A program made the translations under genes and the position numbers. A stretch of 44,107 bases of DNA from a virus, in the IMG/VR virus record IMGVR_UViG_3300026302_000104, positions 1-44,107 of that record; one strand, 5' to 3'. Below, one piece after another: positions 25,449 to 34,152 of the stretch. The first letter of the stretch is position 1. The number at the start of each line of letters is the position of its first letter. Under the pieces are notes generated by a model. The model worked only from the letters and a program-made list of their open reading frames with translations. It made no database searches and was not told where the DNA came from.

Positions 25449-28400
25449 CTAATCGGCCTCCGTTGCGCGACGCCTGTATTCAAAAAGCCCATTTCCTCGA
25501 GCTGCGATCCGATCATTTTTGCGATATGCCTAACCTCGATAGTTCCGTCGGCCAGCTTGTTAACTTGCGCCTTATAGCCGGGAACCTCGATCACGTTGAC
25601 ATTTACTTCCGGACGAGCTCCGCCCGGCTGATTTGCTGGAACGACCTGGACATCGTTCGGAGACATGATAAACTCTTTGCCCTTTTCTCCGACAACCGCC
25701 ATCTCTCCGGCTCTCAGTAATCCGCCGTTCGCGTATCCTTTCATCTTCGCGTCTATCCGCCCGGCGTAAATCGGCGAAGTCGGCCACCGATCAAAGCTGC
25801 TAGAAGGACGTCCCGGAGGCGGATTCTTGAACAGTTGCTGACTAAAGACATCATCCATTGTGGCGATGCCGAAAGCCGCGGGGTAAGCCGGATAAGAGCC
25901 GACGGAGGAGAAAGGATCTTCGAGGCTTCGCGGAAGTTTGATCCCGTATCTCGTCGGCGTCGGAAGCCAACTTCTGAAAGCTTCGTTCAAGTCGCCGGCA
26001 AGGTCGCCAATCTTTAGACCCTTACCTTTATACTGCCATGATTGCATCGAATCAAGCATATCTTTGGTAACGCCGCCAATCTTGAGCCCTTGCCCCTTGC
26101 CGCTCAATACCCAAGAATTGAAAGCGTCTAGAGCGTCTTGCTTAAAGTTTCGTCCTTGCTTTGCGCCTGGTAAGTCGATCCAGTCGCCGACCTGCCCGAC
26201 GCCGCTAAAGCCGTTATTAGCCTTACCGCCGAAAAGCTTCTTGAAGGCTTCCTTGATACCGCCCATGGTGTTAGCTGCGAAGTCGAAATAAGGGTTTTTA
26301 TTTAGACTTTTCAGGAAGTCCTGAGCCGTACCCGGTTTGGGTTGATATTCCTTGCTTGCCACCGTCGGATCGAAGCGCTTCGGATTTGCCGCGCCTGTAA
26401 AATACTCGTCGTCGATCCAGTCGTTAGAAGAGCCGCCGCCGCGCGAATCCACCCAACCGCCATTACTGATCGACATGCCGTCGGTAGTCGGTCCGCTCCA
26501 AACACCGAAGCCGTAAGCATCGGCATAGGGCTTATGGTTCTTTGAAAATTTGTTCCAACCTTTGATATTACGAAGATACTCTTCGGACGCGCCTCTATAG
26601 CCTCCGAGAGGTTGCGTATTCATCATTGAACGGAGATAAGAACCGACCGAGTTAGCGTTCCAGCTCGCGTCACGTTTAGCCGCGCGCATCAATTCTGATA
26701 CCACCGCTGAGCCGTCGCCGCCATACGCTAGGGATTCCATCGAATCAATATCTTGATAGGTCTTCCAAGGCGTTTTACCCTCGATTCCCATTGACTTATA
26801 GCCGAGAGGATTGTTCAAGAAGCCGCCAAGGGAGCCGGAAGCGTACATTCCGGAGCTTCCGCCCCTGAATAGATAATCGTTGTCCATAGCCATCTGCAGT
26901 AGAGCCGGGCTGATATTTACGCCGCGGCTAGCCATCTGGGACAAGATAGAGAATTGCTGATCGCCGGTCGGAAGTTGGAAATTTGGAGCCATGGCCATCA
27001 TCATGGAACCGCCATTTTGAACGCGATTCAAAATATCGAAGCCTATATGATCGGTCTTGCCGGCGCGCATCATTTCGGCGGTCATGCTTTGCGCTTTCAT
27101 GATCGTATCGTCGCGCCAAGCTTGATTTAGAGCCGGAGCGAGCGAAGAGTTTAAATAATTCCGCTCTTGCGAAAGCTGCCAAGCTCGTTCATTTTTCGCC
27201 ATCCAATCGCCGGTCGTCATGCCGGCGGACCAGTTTAGATTATTCTGCCAAGCCTGCGCGCTGGACGACGGACCGAGGATTTGCTTTGTTTGCGCTGCAG
27301 TGAAAACGTGCATATCTTGTTTAGGGATCGCGAGTTCCATTCCGTTTTCACCGAAAAGCGCCGCTTGCCCAGCGAAAGCGGAACCGCCGAGAGCGAAAGT
27401 CGGCAAGCGGAAGAATTTGGCAATACTAGACAAGAAGCCACCGCCGCCGGAGCCGGTCGGCGAATTAGCGGCGCCGCCAAATAGCGCCGGCAATCCGGCA
27501 AAGCTGTTAGAAGCCGGAGCCGAAGGCGTTCCGGGCTTTTGCAAATATTTACCGCTTCCGGTTAGCCAGTTCCCTAGATTCGCGATCGCGTTTTCGAGCG
27601 GTTTTAACAGCAAATGCTGAGCCGCGAATAACGCTAATTGCTTCGCCGCATCCTGTAAGCCCTGTTTGAGATTCTTGGCATTAGTGACAGCTTTTGAGAG
27701 TCCGGAAACGAGAGTCGAAGCGAATTCGTCCGCGACTGTTTTAGATTTCTTCTGAGCTTCCCAAATATCTGTTACGGTCGCTTCGTATTGTTTGGCGTTG
27801 ATTTGATTCGAGCTAAAAGCTTCCTGCAGTTTCCGGAGCTTAGTCGCGTAATCGTCAGAGCTACTCTTGACGCCGTCAATTATCTTCTTCTGATCCTCGA
27901 GCGAATCATTTAGCGCTTTTATCTGACCGAATTTATTTCGATTCGACGCGATCGCTTCGTTCTTTTCTTGATCGGAAAGATTTATATCTTCTCGAATCTT
28001 CTTCTCTTGCTCGAGAAGCGGAAGAAGGTCTTCCTCGCCCCTTAGCTTGGCTTGCAATGCCGAGATCTGCTTATCATACTCGAGCGACATTTCGCGAAGA
28101 TTCTTGAGGCTCTCTTCGTGCTTCTGTTCTTTTATCGCTTCGGCTTGCGCTTTCGCGGCTTCGGTGATCTTTTGCTGCAGATCAAGATTTTCGGTTAGCC
28201 CGACCTTGATCGTATCCCTTACCGATTTCTCCGCTTCGATTATCGCGAGCTGATCTTCTTGATGCTTATTTTTGAGCTTGATTTGCTCGGTTTGATCCTG
28301 AATGTTTTTCAAGATCTCTTTCAGCTTGTCGCGCTCTTTGCCGACTTCGATTTTTCTCTCGAGCTCGACGCGCTCTCTCGTCAATTGCCCGAGCTGAGCG

Positions 28401-29836
28401 ATTGCCGCCAAGCGGTCTTTTAAGCTTACATTCTGAAGCTGCGATATCTTATGCTCGGCTTCGACCTGGTCGGCGATCTCTTTATGCTTGACTAATTGCC
28501 CCTCGAGATCGATATTCTTTTGCCTGTAGGCTTGAATCAAGCTCTCGATCGACTTCTTCTCGGAGTCGATCAGTTTTTCTTTTGCCTTCGCGGCCTTCTC
28601 CGCCGCCTTTCTTTCTTTCTCGCTTGGGATATTTTCGTCTATCCCGCCTACCATGCGCGGTTTAGCTTTCGCCGCCGCCGCGTGTAGATCGTCTATTTTC
28701 TTGCGAGCTCGGTCCGCGGCATCATCAAAGTATTGAAAATAATTCGGCATCGCGCCGGCTTGTAAAGCCAGCTTAAAAGTAGAGTCGGCGCTTTGAAAAG
28801 CTTTGCCCATTTCGCCGAGCGCGAGAGATACGGCTTTGCCCGAAGTCGCGATATTTGGATTAAATAGCAAAAAAGCGTCAAAAGCCGGTTTGAAATACTT
28901 CGAAACGTTAACGCCGAATTGCTGCAGTCCTTTAGAAACAAGACTCAATCCCCAGATCGTTGCGTTCGCCCAAACCTTCGCCGTTTCCATACCTTCGGCG
29001 AGAGTCCTTGAGAACCGATCTAGATCTTTGGACATCTTCGAAGACGGATCGCGGAGCGCTTCCATTGTCTTGATCATGTCTTCGAGAACGACGTTCGAAT
29101 ACTCGACTACTTCTCTTAGTCCGCGAGTGCCGGCGAAGCTATCGATCAAATCATCGAGATTTTGCTTAAGGGCGAGCAAAGCACCGCCGAGAGTATCGCG
29201 AGCCGCCGCGGCCGCCCCTCCGAATTCCGTCTCGAGCTCTTTAAGTATAATGGCTTGAGATTTTGCTATTTGCCCGGTCTCGAAAAGCTGTTTAGCTAAA
29301 GCCTTTTGCGTTTCGCTAAACGAGACGCCGGCTTTCTGAAGTGCCGTGATTCCTCGAGTCGGATCGTTTAGCGCTTTGCCGACCATGATCGCGGCCGAGT
29401 TTAGATCCGTGCCGAGGCGGACGGACATGTCGACGATCGCTTTCGTCGCTTGCGGGAAGACGTCTTTACCAACCTTGGTAAACGTCAATAAAACTGACTG
29501 CATAGAATTGACGAGATCGTCGTCGATTCCAGTCATTCGCTTGATCTCGTTTGAGAGATTAGCGACTTCTTTCGCCGTCACGCCGGCGGCGCCTGCCGTT
29601 GAACGAATAGCGGCCGTGACCTGGGCCATGGCCGCTTCCGCGCTCTTTGCTCCGTCGACCATTTTCGCGAAAGCTAGACCGGTTCCGATCAGGGCGATTG
29701 ACGCCGCCGCGGCTTTGCCGATCTTGTCAATGTTTTGCTGAAACCGCTGAAAATTTCTTTCGATCTTACTTAGATCAGAAGTTATTTCCGCGACGTTTGC
29801 AGAAAACTTTAGAGCTAGTTCGCGAAGAGTAGCCAC
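25445..29836 (-). CDS. Tail tape measure protein with large C-terminal insertion
   Basis: 1463 aa; TMP N-terminus (GKALNDPTRGITALQKAG), coiled coil, FA.GG..GE.G.E motif present twice. Confidence 0.92.
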   Translation of the reverse strand: MATLRELALKFSANVAEITSDLSKIERNFQRFQQNIDKIGKAAAASIALIGTGLAFAKMVDGAKSAEAAMAQVTAAIRSTAGAAGVTAKEVANLSNEIKRMTGIDDDLVNSMQSVLLTFTKVGKDVFPQATKAIVDMSVRLGTDLNSAAIMVGKALNDPTRGITALQKAGVSFSETQKALAKQLFETGQIAKSQAIILKELETEFGGAAAAARDTLGGALLALKQNLDDLIDSFAGTRGLREVVEYSNVVLEDMIKTMEALRDPSSKMSKDLDRFSRTLAEGMETAKVWANATIWGLSLVSKGLQQFGVNVSKYFKPAFDAFLLFNPNIATSGKAVSLALGEMGKAFQSADSTFKLALQAGAMPNYFQYFDDAADRARKKIDDLHAAAAKAKPRMVGGIDENIPSEKERKAAEKAAKAKEKLIDSEKKSIESLIQAYRQKNIDLEGQLVKHKEIADQVEAEHKISQLQNVSLKDRLAAIAQLGQLTRERVELERKIEVGKERDKLKEILKNIQDQTEQIKLKNKHQEDQLAIIEAEKSVRDTIKVGLTENLDLQQKITEAAKAQAEAIKEQKHEESLKNLREMSLEYDKQISALQAKLRGEEDLLPLLEQEKKIREDINLSDQEKNEAIASNRNKFGQIKALNDSLEDQKKIIDGVKSSSDDYATKLRKLQEAFSSNQINAKQYEATVTDIWEAQKKSKTVADEFASTLVSGLSKAVTNAKNLKQGLQDAAKQLALFAAQHLLLKPLENAIANLGNWLTGSGKYLQKPGTPSAPASNSFAGLPALFGGAANSPTGSGGGGFLSSIAKFFRLPTFALGGSAFAGQAALFGENGMELAIPKQDMHVFTAAQTKQILGPSSSAQAWQNNLNWSAGMTTGDWMAKNERAWQLSQERNYLNSSLAPALNQAWRDDTIMKAQSMTAEMMRAGKTDHIGFDILNRVQNGGSMMMAMAPNFQLPTGDQQFSILSQMASRGVNISPALLQMAMDNDYLFRGGSSGMYASGSLGGFLNNPLGYKSMGIEGKTPWKTYQDIDSMESLAYGGDGSAVVSELMRAAKRDASWNANSVGSYLRSMMNTQPLGGYRGASEEYLRNIKGWNKFSKNHKPYADAYGFGVWSGPTTDGMSISNGGWVDSRGGGSSNDWIDDEYFTGAANPKRFDPTVASKEYQPKPGTAQDFLKSLNKNPYFDFAANTMGGIKEAFKKLFGGKANNGFSGVGQVGDWIDLPGAKQGRNFKQDALDAFNSWVLSGKGQGLKIGGVTKDMLDSMQSWQYKGKGLKIGDLAGDLNEAFRSWLPTPTRYGIKLPRSLEDPFSSVGSYPAYPAAFGIATMDDVFSQQLFKNPPPGRPSSSFDRWPTSPIYAGRIDAKMKGYANGGLLRAGEMAVVGEKGKEFIMSPNDVQVVPANQPGGARPEVNVNVIEVPGYKAQVNKLADGTIEVRHIAKMIGSQLEEMGFLNTGVAQRRPIR

Positions 29837-29839
29837 TTC

Positions 29840-30148
29840 TTAGAGTCCTTGGGATTTGTTCCAGATCTCCGCTTGCAATTTCCAGTGAGCGAGAACCGCG
29901 TCAAGATTTGCTTTCTCTTCTTCCGGCGTTCGCTCTCGCTTGCGCGGAGCGTTCTCGCCTTCGTGCCCTGGAAAGATTTCATACCAGGGGCGATTAGAGA
30001 TCGATTCGGCCGCGCGGCCTAGTCGCCTTTCTTCGCCCCTGGTACAAAACGGTTCGAGCTGATAAAGAAGCCAGAAGTTTCTAAGATCTTCCGGGGTCAT
30101 CTCGTCGAGAGCCGCTTCCTTATTCAACCTGCCGGTTTTGAGCATCAA
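29840..30148 (-). CDS. Tail assembly chaperone, gpT-like frameshift extension
   Basis: In -1 frame relative to upstream gene; LDEMTPEDL..W..Y.LEPF. Confidence 0.8.
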   Translation of the reverse strand: MMLKTGRLNKEAALDEMTPEDLRNFWLLYQLEPFCTRGEERRLGRAAESISNRPWYEIFPGHEGENAPRKRERTPEEEKANLDAVLAHWKLQAEIWNKSQGL

Positions 30149-30528
30149 GGAGTAGAAGAATCGGTCGAAGGAGCTTCGGAATTTTTTAGCTCTTCTTCCT
30201 CTTTCTCGTCGTCCCCGATCGGATTGAGTCTCGAAGCCACGGAGTAAAGCTTCGAGACAATCGCATCCGGAAGAGCGGCGATTATTTCTTCGTCGCCGTC
30301 TCCGAATATCCTTCCCTGTTCGTCGTGTAGAGCTCGGACGAGCAAAGTTTCACGCCAAGCTAGAGAGTTGACGTTATCTTCTTTTATTCGCTTCTGAAAG
30401 CGCTCAATTGCGAACGCTTGTTCTTTCGCGCTCAATTGCTTGATTACGACTTCGCCGTCCAATTCTTCGATGCGAAGCTTTTCTTCTTTCAGCTTCACTC
30501 TTAGAAAGTCTTCTTTACTTAGAACCAT
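30145..30528 (-). CDS. Tail assembly chaperone gpG-like
   Basis: IEELDGEVVIKQLSAKE..LVRALHDEQG.IF; between tail tube and TMP. Confidence 0.85.
   Translation of the reverse strand: MVLSKEDFLRVKLKEEKLRIEELDGEVVIKQLSAKEQAFAIERFQKRIKEDNVNSLAWRETLLVRALHDEQGRIFGDGDEEIIAALPDAIVSKLYSVASRLNPIGDDEKEEEELKNSEAPSTDSSTP
30181..30187 (-). promoter_or_regulatory. Programmed -1 frameshift slippery site A AAA AAT
   Basis: CTA AAA AAT; the -1 frame reads KKFRSSFDRFFYSLMLKTGR without a stop into the gpT ORF. Confidence 0.8.
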
Positions 30529-30560
30529 TTTTCTATTTTCTCCGTTTCTAACTGTCTAAC

Positions 30561-30584
30561 AAAAATACTCGATTACCGAGTATT
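30561..30584 (-). terminator. Hairpin after tail tube gene
   Basis: AATACTCG/CGAGTATT stem followed by TTT on the - strand. Confidence 0.5.
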
Positions 30585-31053
30585 AAACCCAAGTCGTAGG
30601 ATCGGCACTGATAGCGCCGCTTCCGCCGGTTCCCTGTCTTAGCTTGCCGGTTGGCTTGCAAGAAAAGGGCAAAGCGAGATCTCCGCCAACGCGAGCGGCG
30701 GGAGGTCCAACAGATTCGACGTAAGCCTCGAAGTAGTGAACCGTTTCGGCGGCGTCGGGAAACTCTACCAACATTGCAGTTTTACCCGCCAAGCCAAGCG
30801 CGTTTCTGAGCTCGTATAGTTTCAGAATTACCGCATGTTGAGGAAGATAGGCCATTTCACCGGTACAATTGCCTTTCCGATTCAAACCCTTGATGAATTC
30901 GTCATCGTTGTTTTCGCTGTTTAGGTGAGTGGTTTCGATAAAGGTTGATTGAGCTTCCGGGACGTTGATCGCTCTCAGTTCCGGAGCTTCGACCCAAGCG
31001 TTAGAAACGGAAAGAAAAAACTTCGTTCCCTGCGCGAAAAGTGCATCTGACAT
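30583..31053 (-). CDS. Major tail (tube) protein
   Basis: AQGTKF..IETTHL..EFIKGL..G..YFEAYV..KPTGK. Confidence 0.85.
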   Translation of the reverse strand: MSDALFAQGTKFFLSVSNAWVEAPELRAINVPEAQSTFIETTHLNSENNDDEFIKGLNRKGNCTGEMAYLPQHAVILKLYELRNALGLAGKTAMLVEFPDAAETVHYFEAYVESVGPPAARVGGDLALPFSCKPTGKLRQGTGGSGAISADPTTWV

Positions 31054-31113
31054 TTTATTACCTCTGTTTTGATTAGGCTAAGAGTGAAAAGTCGCTACTA
31101 GAGCGGATTTTAT

Positions 31114-31530
31114 TTACTGGCTGACGCGAACGATCAGAAATTTAACGGCGGTATTTTCGGCGTTGATATAGATCTTGCCGTCGGACTGCTTCCAACCTCT
31201 TTGTTTGACGGGACCAACACAAAGAAATTCAGAAGCGCCGAGCGAATAAGCGTCTATATCGTTCGTTCTACCGAGCTCGTCCGGAGCTGAAGTAATAGTC
31301 ACCGTATATGGTGAAGCGCCGGAATTCTGAGCGAAAATATATTCGCGGCCGGTCGACACAAAAGAATTACCGTTTGAAACGTCGGCGGCTGTAAATGCGA
31401 CATCTAAGCTATTAGCGCTTACTGCCTGATCTGGCTTTTTAGGCTGTACTACGTTTAGAGCTGTTCTTGCCGCAAAAGCCGGCGCTATAGCAAATAGCGA
31501 TAGTATCGCGGATAGTATCAGTTTTTTCAT
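31114..31530 (-). CDS. Beta-rich virion-decoration-like protein with an N-terminal signal peptide
   Basis: MKKLILSAILSLFAIAPAFA then ARTALNV..AADVSNGNSF..TGRE..NSGAS..TVTI. Confidence 0.7.
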   Translation of the reverse strand: MKKLILSAILSLFAIAPAFAARTALNVVQPKKPDQAVSANSLDVAFTAADVSNGNSFVSTGREYIFAQNSGASPYTVTITSAPDELGRTNDIDAYSLGASEFLCVGPVKQRGWKQSDGKIYINAENTAVKFLIVRVSQ

Positions 31531-31537
31531 TGGTTTT

Positions 31538-32047
31538 TTACCTCTTTGATGATCGTTGGTTCTTTTGCTTCGCGATAAATTTATCTATTCGCTTCTGCAT
31601 ATTGTCGCGAACGTGCGCGGCGAATTCCTCGGCCTTCGCGTCGAAAGCCGGTCTTAAGTAAGGTTGCGCTTTCTGAAATCGCGTTCCATATTCGACAAAA
31701 CGATCCCAATAGGCGGTTTCTGTTAGAACGATTCCATTTTTACCCTTGCCTATTTTCTTCTTCTTGATCGCTTTGATCATGGCTTTCTTGCCAAACTTGC
31801 TTCGCAGCTCGATCCCTGCTACCTTCGCGAAAACCTCGCCTTTGCTGATACCAGAGCTCCGCCCTATCAGCTGAGACAATCGACCGGAGTCGACCGGCGC
31901 GCGCCTCATTGCCTCGTCGCGAATAATAACGGCCGCGTCAAGAAGCGCTTTCCGAAGAATCGCCGGCGCGAATTCGTCGCCTAGAGACTTTAGAGCCTGC
32001 CCGACCTCTTTGAAGCCTTCGACGGTAAAGGTCGTTTTCATCGGCAT
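31538..32047 (-). CDS. HK97 gp10-like tail completion protein
   Basis: APVDSGRL; FVEYGT..AQPYLRPAFD. Confidence 0.9.
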   Translation of the reverse strand: MPMKTTFTVEGFKEVGQALKSLGDEFAPAILRKALLDAAVIIRDEAMRRAPVDSGRLSQLIGRSSGISKGEVFAKVAGIELRSKFGKKAMIKAIKKKKIGKGKNGIVLTETAYWDRFVEYGTRFQKAQPYLRPAFDAKAEEFAAHVRDNMQKRIDKFIAKQKNQRSSKR

Positions 32048-32460
32048 TATTGATCCCTCCGATATGTGACGATCGCTTCGAAAGAGCCGCCAAAAATATC
32101 AAGCTTCTCGTCGTAATCTACACCGCCGCCGCTTTCGCCGTCGTCAATTGATATATCTTTGATCTCGATACCGTTAGCGATACCATTATATCCGTGAATC
32201 GCGTTCTGTAGAGTCTCTAATACTTCAGTGACGATTGGACCTCTCGAGGCATAACAATTAAGCTGGATTCGAACACCCGAAAGCGAGCTCCGTCCGTTTA
32301 GATTCAACCGCGGCACGGTCGAGATTCTTTGATAGCTGACAAAAGGGTAAGCCGTGTTTTTCGGCGCCGGATGCTCGAAAAGGCGGCCGGCGATCAAAGC
32401 CTGGACTTCAGAAGAAGCGAGAATCACTTCGCAAAGAGCGCCTTCGGGCAGTTTCATCAA
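32047..32460 (-). CDS. Tail terminator (DUF3168-like)
   Basis: AP..YPFVSYQRIS..RIQLNCYA. Confidence 0.85.
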   Translation of the reverse strand: MMKLPEGALCEVILASSEVQALIAGRLFEHPAPKNTAYPFVSYQRISTVPRLNLNGRSSLSGVRIQLNCYASRGPIVTEVLETLQNAIHGYNGIANGIEIKDISIDDGESGGGVDYDEKLDIFGGSFEAIVTYRRDQ

Positions 32461-32786
32461 GAAGCCCTCCGCTCAATTGCTGCGATTTTCAGTCCGTGCC
32501 GGCGATCGATTTCTGCGATATCTAAAATATCGAAAATCCGCCCGTTGTAGTTTATTCGATGTTCCGTTTTTATATCTTCGCGAAACCTGATCCAGAATTC
32601 GGCCCTAGTCTGCGCGGCTTGCTCTCCGACGAGGACGCCGTCAGTCCCAGAGACCGGGACGACTTTTGCCGGCACGAAAGCCGAGAAGGTCGACCAGGTT
32701 TCAACGCGCGAGCGATTCTCGTCGTAAGTCGTTGACTTCTCTTCGAAAGCGATTCTTCTGTTCAGCTCGCCGGCGGAAAGTCTCAC
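32457..32786 (-). CDS. Head closure protein (SPP1 gp16-like)
   Basis: AGELNRRI..IRFREDI..RI.YNGRIFDI. Confidence 0.9.
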   Translation of the reverse strand: MRLSAGELNRRIAFEEKSTTYDENRSRVETWSTFSAFVPAKVVPVSGTDGVLVGEQAAQTRAEFWIRFREDIKTEHRINYNGRIFDILDIAEIDRRHGLKIAAIERRAS

Positions 32787-33376
32787 GCGAAATACCTCAA
32801 TCTATAGCCGTTCAAAACCTTGAATGCCGCTTCCTTATCTGTCACCTGAGCTCCGATCGATTCGTCTTCGCGGAATCTGAAGCGATTAGCGATCAGGACT
32901 TTGATCGCGCCTTTAATATCGCTCTCGATCTCAGTCGGGCTATCTTTGCCAGCTTTAAAAGTAATAGCGATCGCGTTCAATCGATCGTAGACTTCGGGAT
33001 AGCTATATCCTGACTTCGGTCTAATTCTAGCCGGCTCCGAAATCACGTCGAGCTCGTATTCGGCACTAGACCAAGTCGTCAAAACGTTTTCCGAGTTGTA
33101 GTATTCGATCGAAAATCCGCTTGATTGAACCGGGGCGACGGGTATCTCGATGATCCGATCGGCGTTCGCGTTCCAATCGTCCAAGTACCATTTTAGCGTC
33201 CGAGTGACGAGCGCCCGCGCCATAAGATCTTCGGCTTCTTTAGTCTTCTCAGCGATCAGCTCGAGCAAGAGCGAATCAAAGCTAGTATCGTCCGCCGCGA
33301 TCTCTAGAAATGCCTTAGTTTCGGCAAGAGAGACCGGCGCGGAAGAGGCGGGCGTCGTCACCTTCGGAGCGCTCAT
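32783..33376 (-). CDS. Head-tail connector (HK97 gp6-like)
   Basis: PVSLAETKAFL..RALVTRT..APVQS..IKGAI..RE. Confidence 0.9.
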   Translation of the reverse strand: MSAPKVTTPASSAPVSLAETKAFLEIAADDTSFDSLLLELIAEKTKEAEDLMARALVTRTLKWYLDDWNANADRIIEIPVAPVQSSGFSIEYYNSENVLTTWSSAEYELDVISEPARIRPKSGYSYPEVYDRLNAIAITFKAGKDSPTEIESDIKGAIKVLIANRFRFREDESIGAQVTDKEAAFKVLNGYRLRYFA

Positions 33377-33567
33377 TAGATTTCGCTCGGCTCGGCTACG
33401 GGCTCCGGCGACGGTTGCTCTTTACTGAGCTCGGCATATTCGCCTTCGATAAGCTTATTTGCGAGCGATTCGGGAAGAGCTACAACCTTCCCCGCGCGAG
33501 CGACGAGATCGGGAAGAGCGCAAGTCGCGCGCATTTTTACGTTTACCATTTTTTCTGATTTTGCCAT
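33376..33567 (-). CDS. Small head-associated protein
   Basis: G.VV.LPESLANKLIEGEYAE pattern, typical of genes between capsid and connector. Confidence 0.6.
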   Translation of the reverse strand: MAKSEKMVNVKMRATCALPDLVARAGKVVALPESLANKLIEGEYAELSKEQPSPEPVAEPSEI

Positions 33568-33612
33568 TTTAGAAATCAAGCTCCGATTGAAAGGGTTTTA
33601 AATTCCGAATAA

Positions 33613-33629
33613 GGGGCGCTTAGCGCCCC
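33613..33629. terminator. GC hairpin after decoration gene
   Basis: GGGGCGC-TTA-GCGCCCC, overlapping a second CCCCG/CGGGG stem. Confidence 0.5.
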
Positions 33630-33657
33630 GTTTTCGGGGATGTGTGGCGAGGAAAGC

Positions 33658-34080
33658 TTAGCCCGCGGCTACCTGGACGGCGCCGTCATGGCTAGAATGT
33701 GCCGGAGCCGGTTCGACAAGAAGATCGCCGATAAATGCGAGAATCGCGTTCAAAGTGCAATTTTGAGTTTCTCGCAAGAGCACCGCTCTATAGTACCTAT
33801 GCAGGCAAAAGGCGATCTCGATCGCGAAAGTCTTGTCGTCGTCAGTATCGGCGAGAACCTTTTCGGCTCCGGCGACGTCGCTCCAGCTTGAATTATCATC
33901 GGAATATTGAATTTTCACAGACTGAACGCCGCCGGAAACGATAGCCCCAACACTTCCCACGAAAGCGATCGATTTGCCGGCGCCGGCAGTATCGATCGAG
34001 GTTCCGTTAACGTCGGTAGTTCCGGCCGCCTGGTATCCCATGGCGCTACGAATATCTCTTTCGTTAGTTAATTGACCCAT
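33658..34080 (-). CDS. Capsid decoration / cement-like protein
   Basis: NGTSIDT..KIQYSDD..DV..RYYR; immediately after the capsid gene. Confidence 0.65.
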   Translation of the reverse strand: MGQLTNERDIRSAMGYQAAGTTDVNGTSIDTAGAGKSIAFVGSVGAIVSGGVQSVKIQYSDDNSSWSDVAGAEKVLADTDDDKTFAIEIAFCLHRYYRAVLLRETQNCTLNAILAFIGDLLVEPAPAHSSHDGAVQVAAG

Positions 34081-34104
34081 TTTTGTTTTTACCTTCTATT
34101 GATA

Positions 34105-34126
34105 CCGCCGCCGATACCGGCGGCGG
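34105..34126. other. 9-bp GC hairpin after capsid gene (mRNA stabiliser or terminator)
   Basis: CCGCCGCCG-ATAC-CGGCGGCGG. Confidence 0.6.
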
Positions 34127-34152
34127 ATTTTGCATCTACTTAATCGCCGCGA

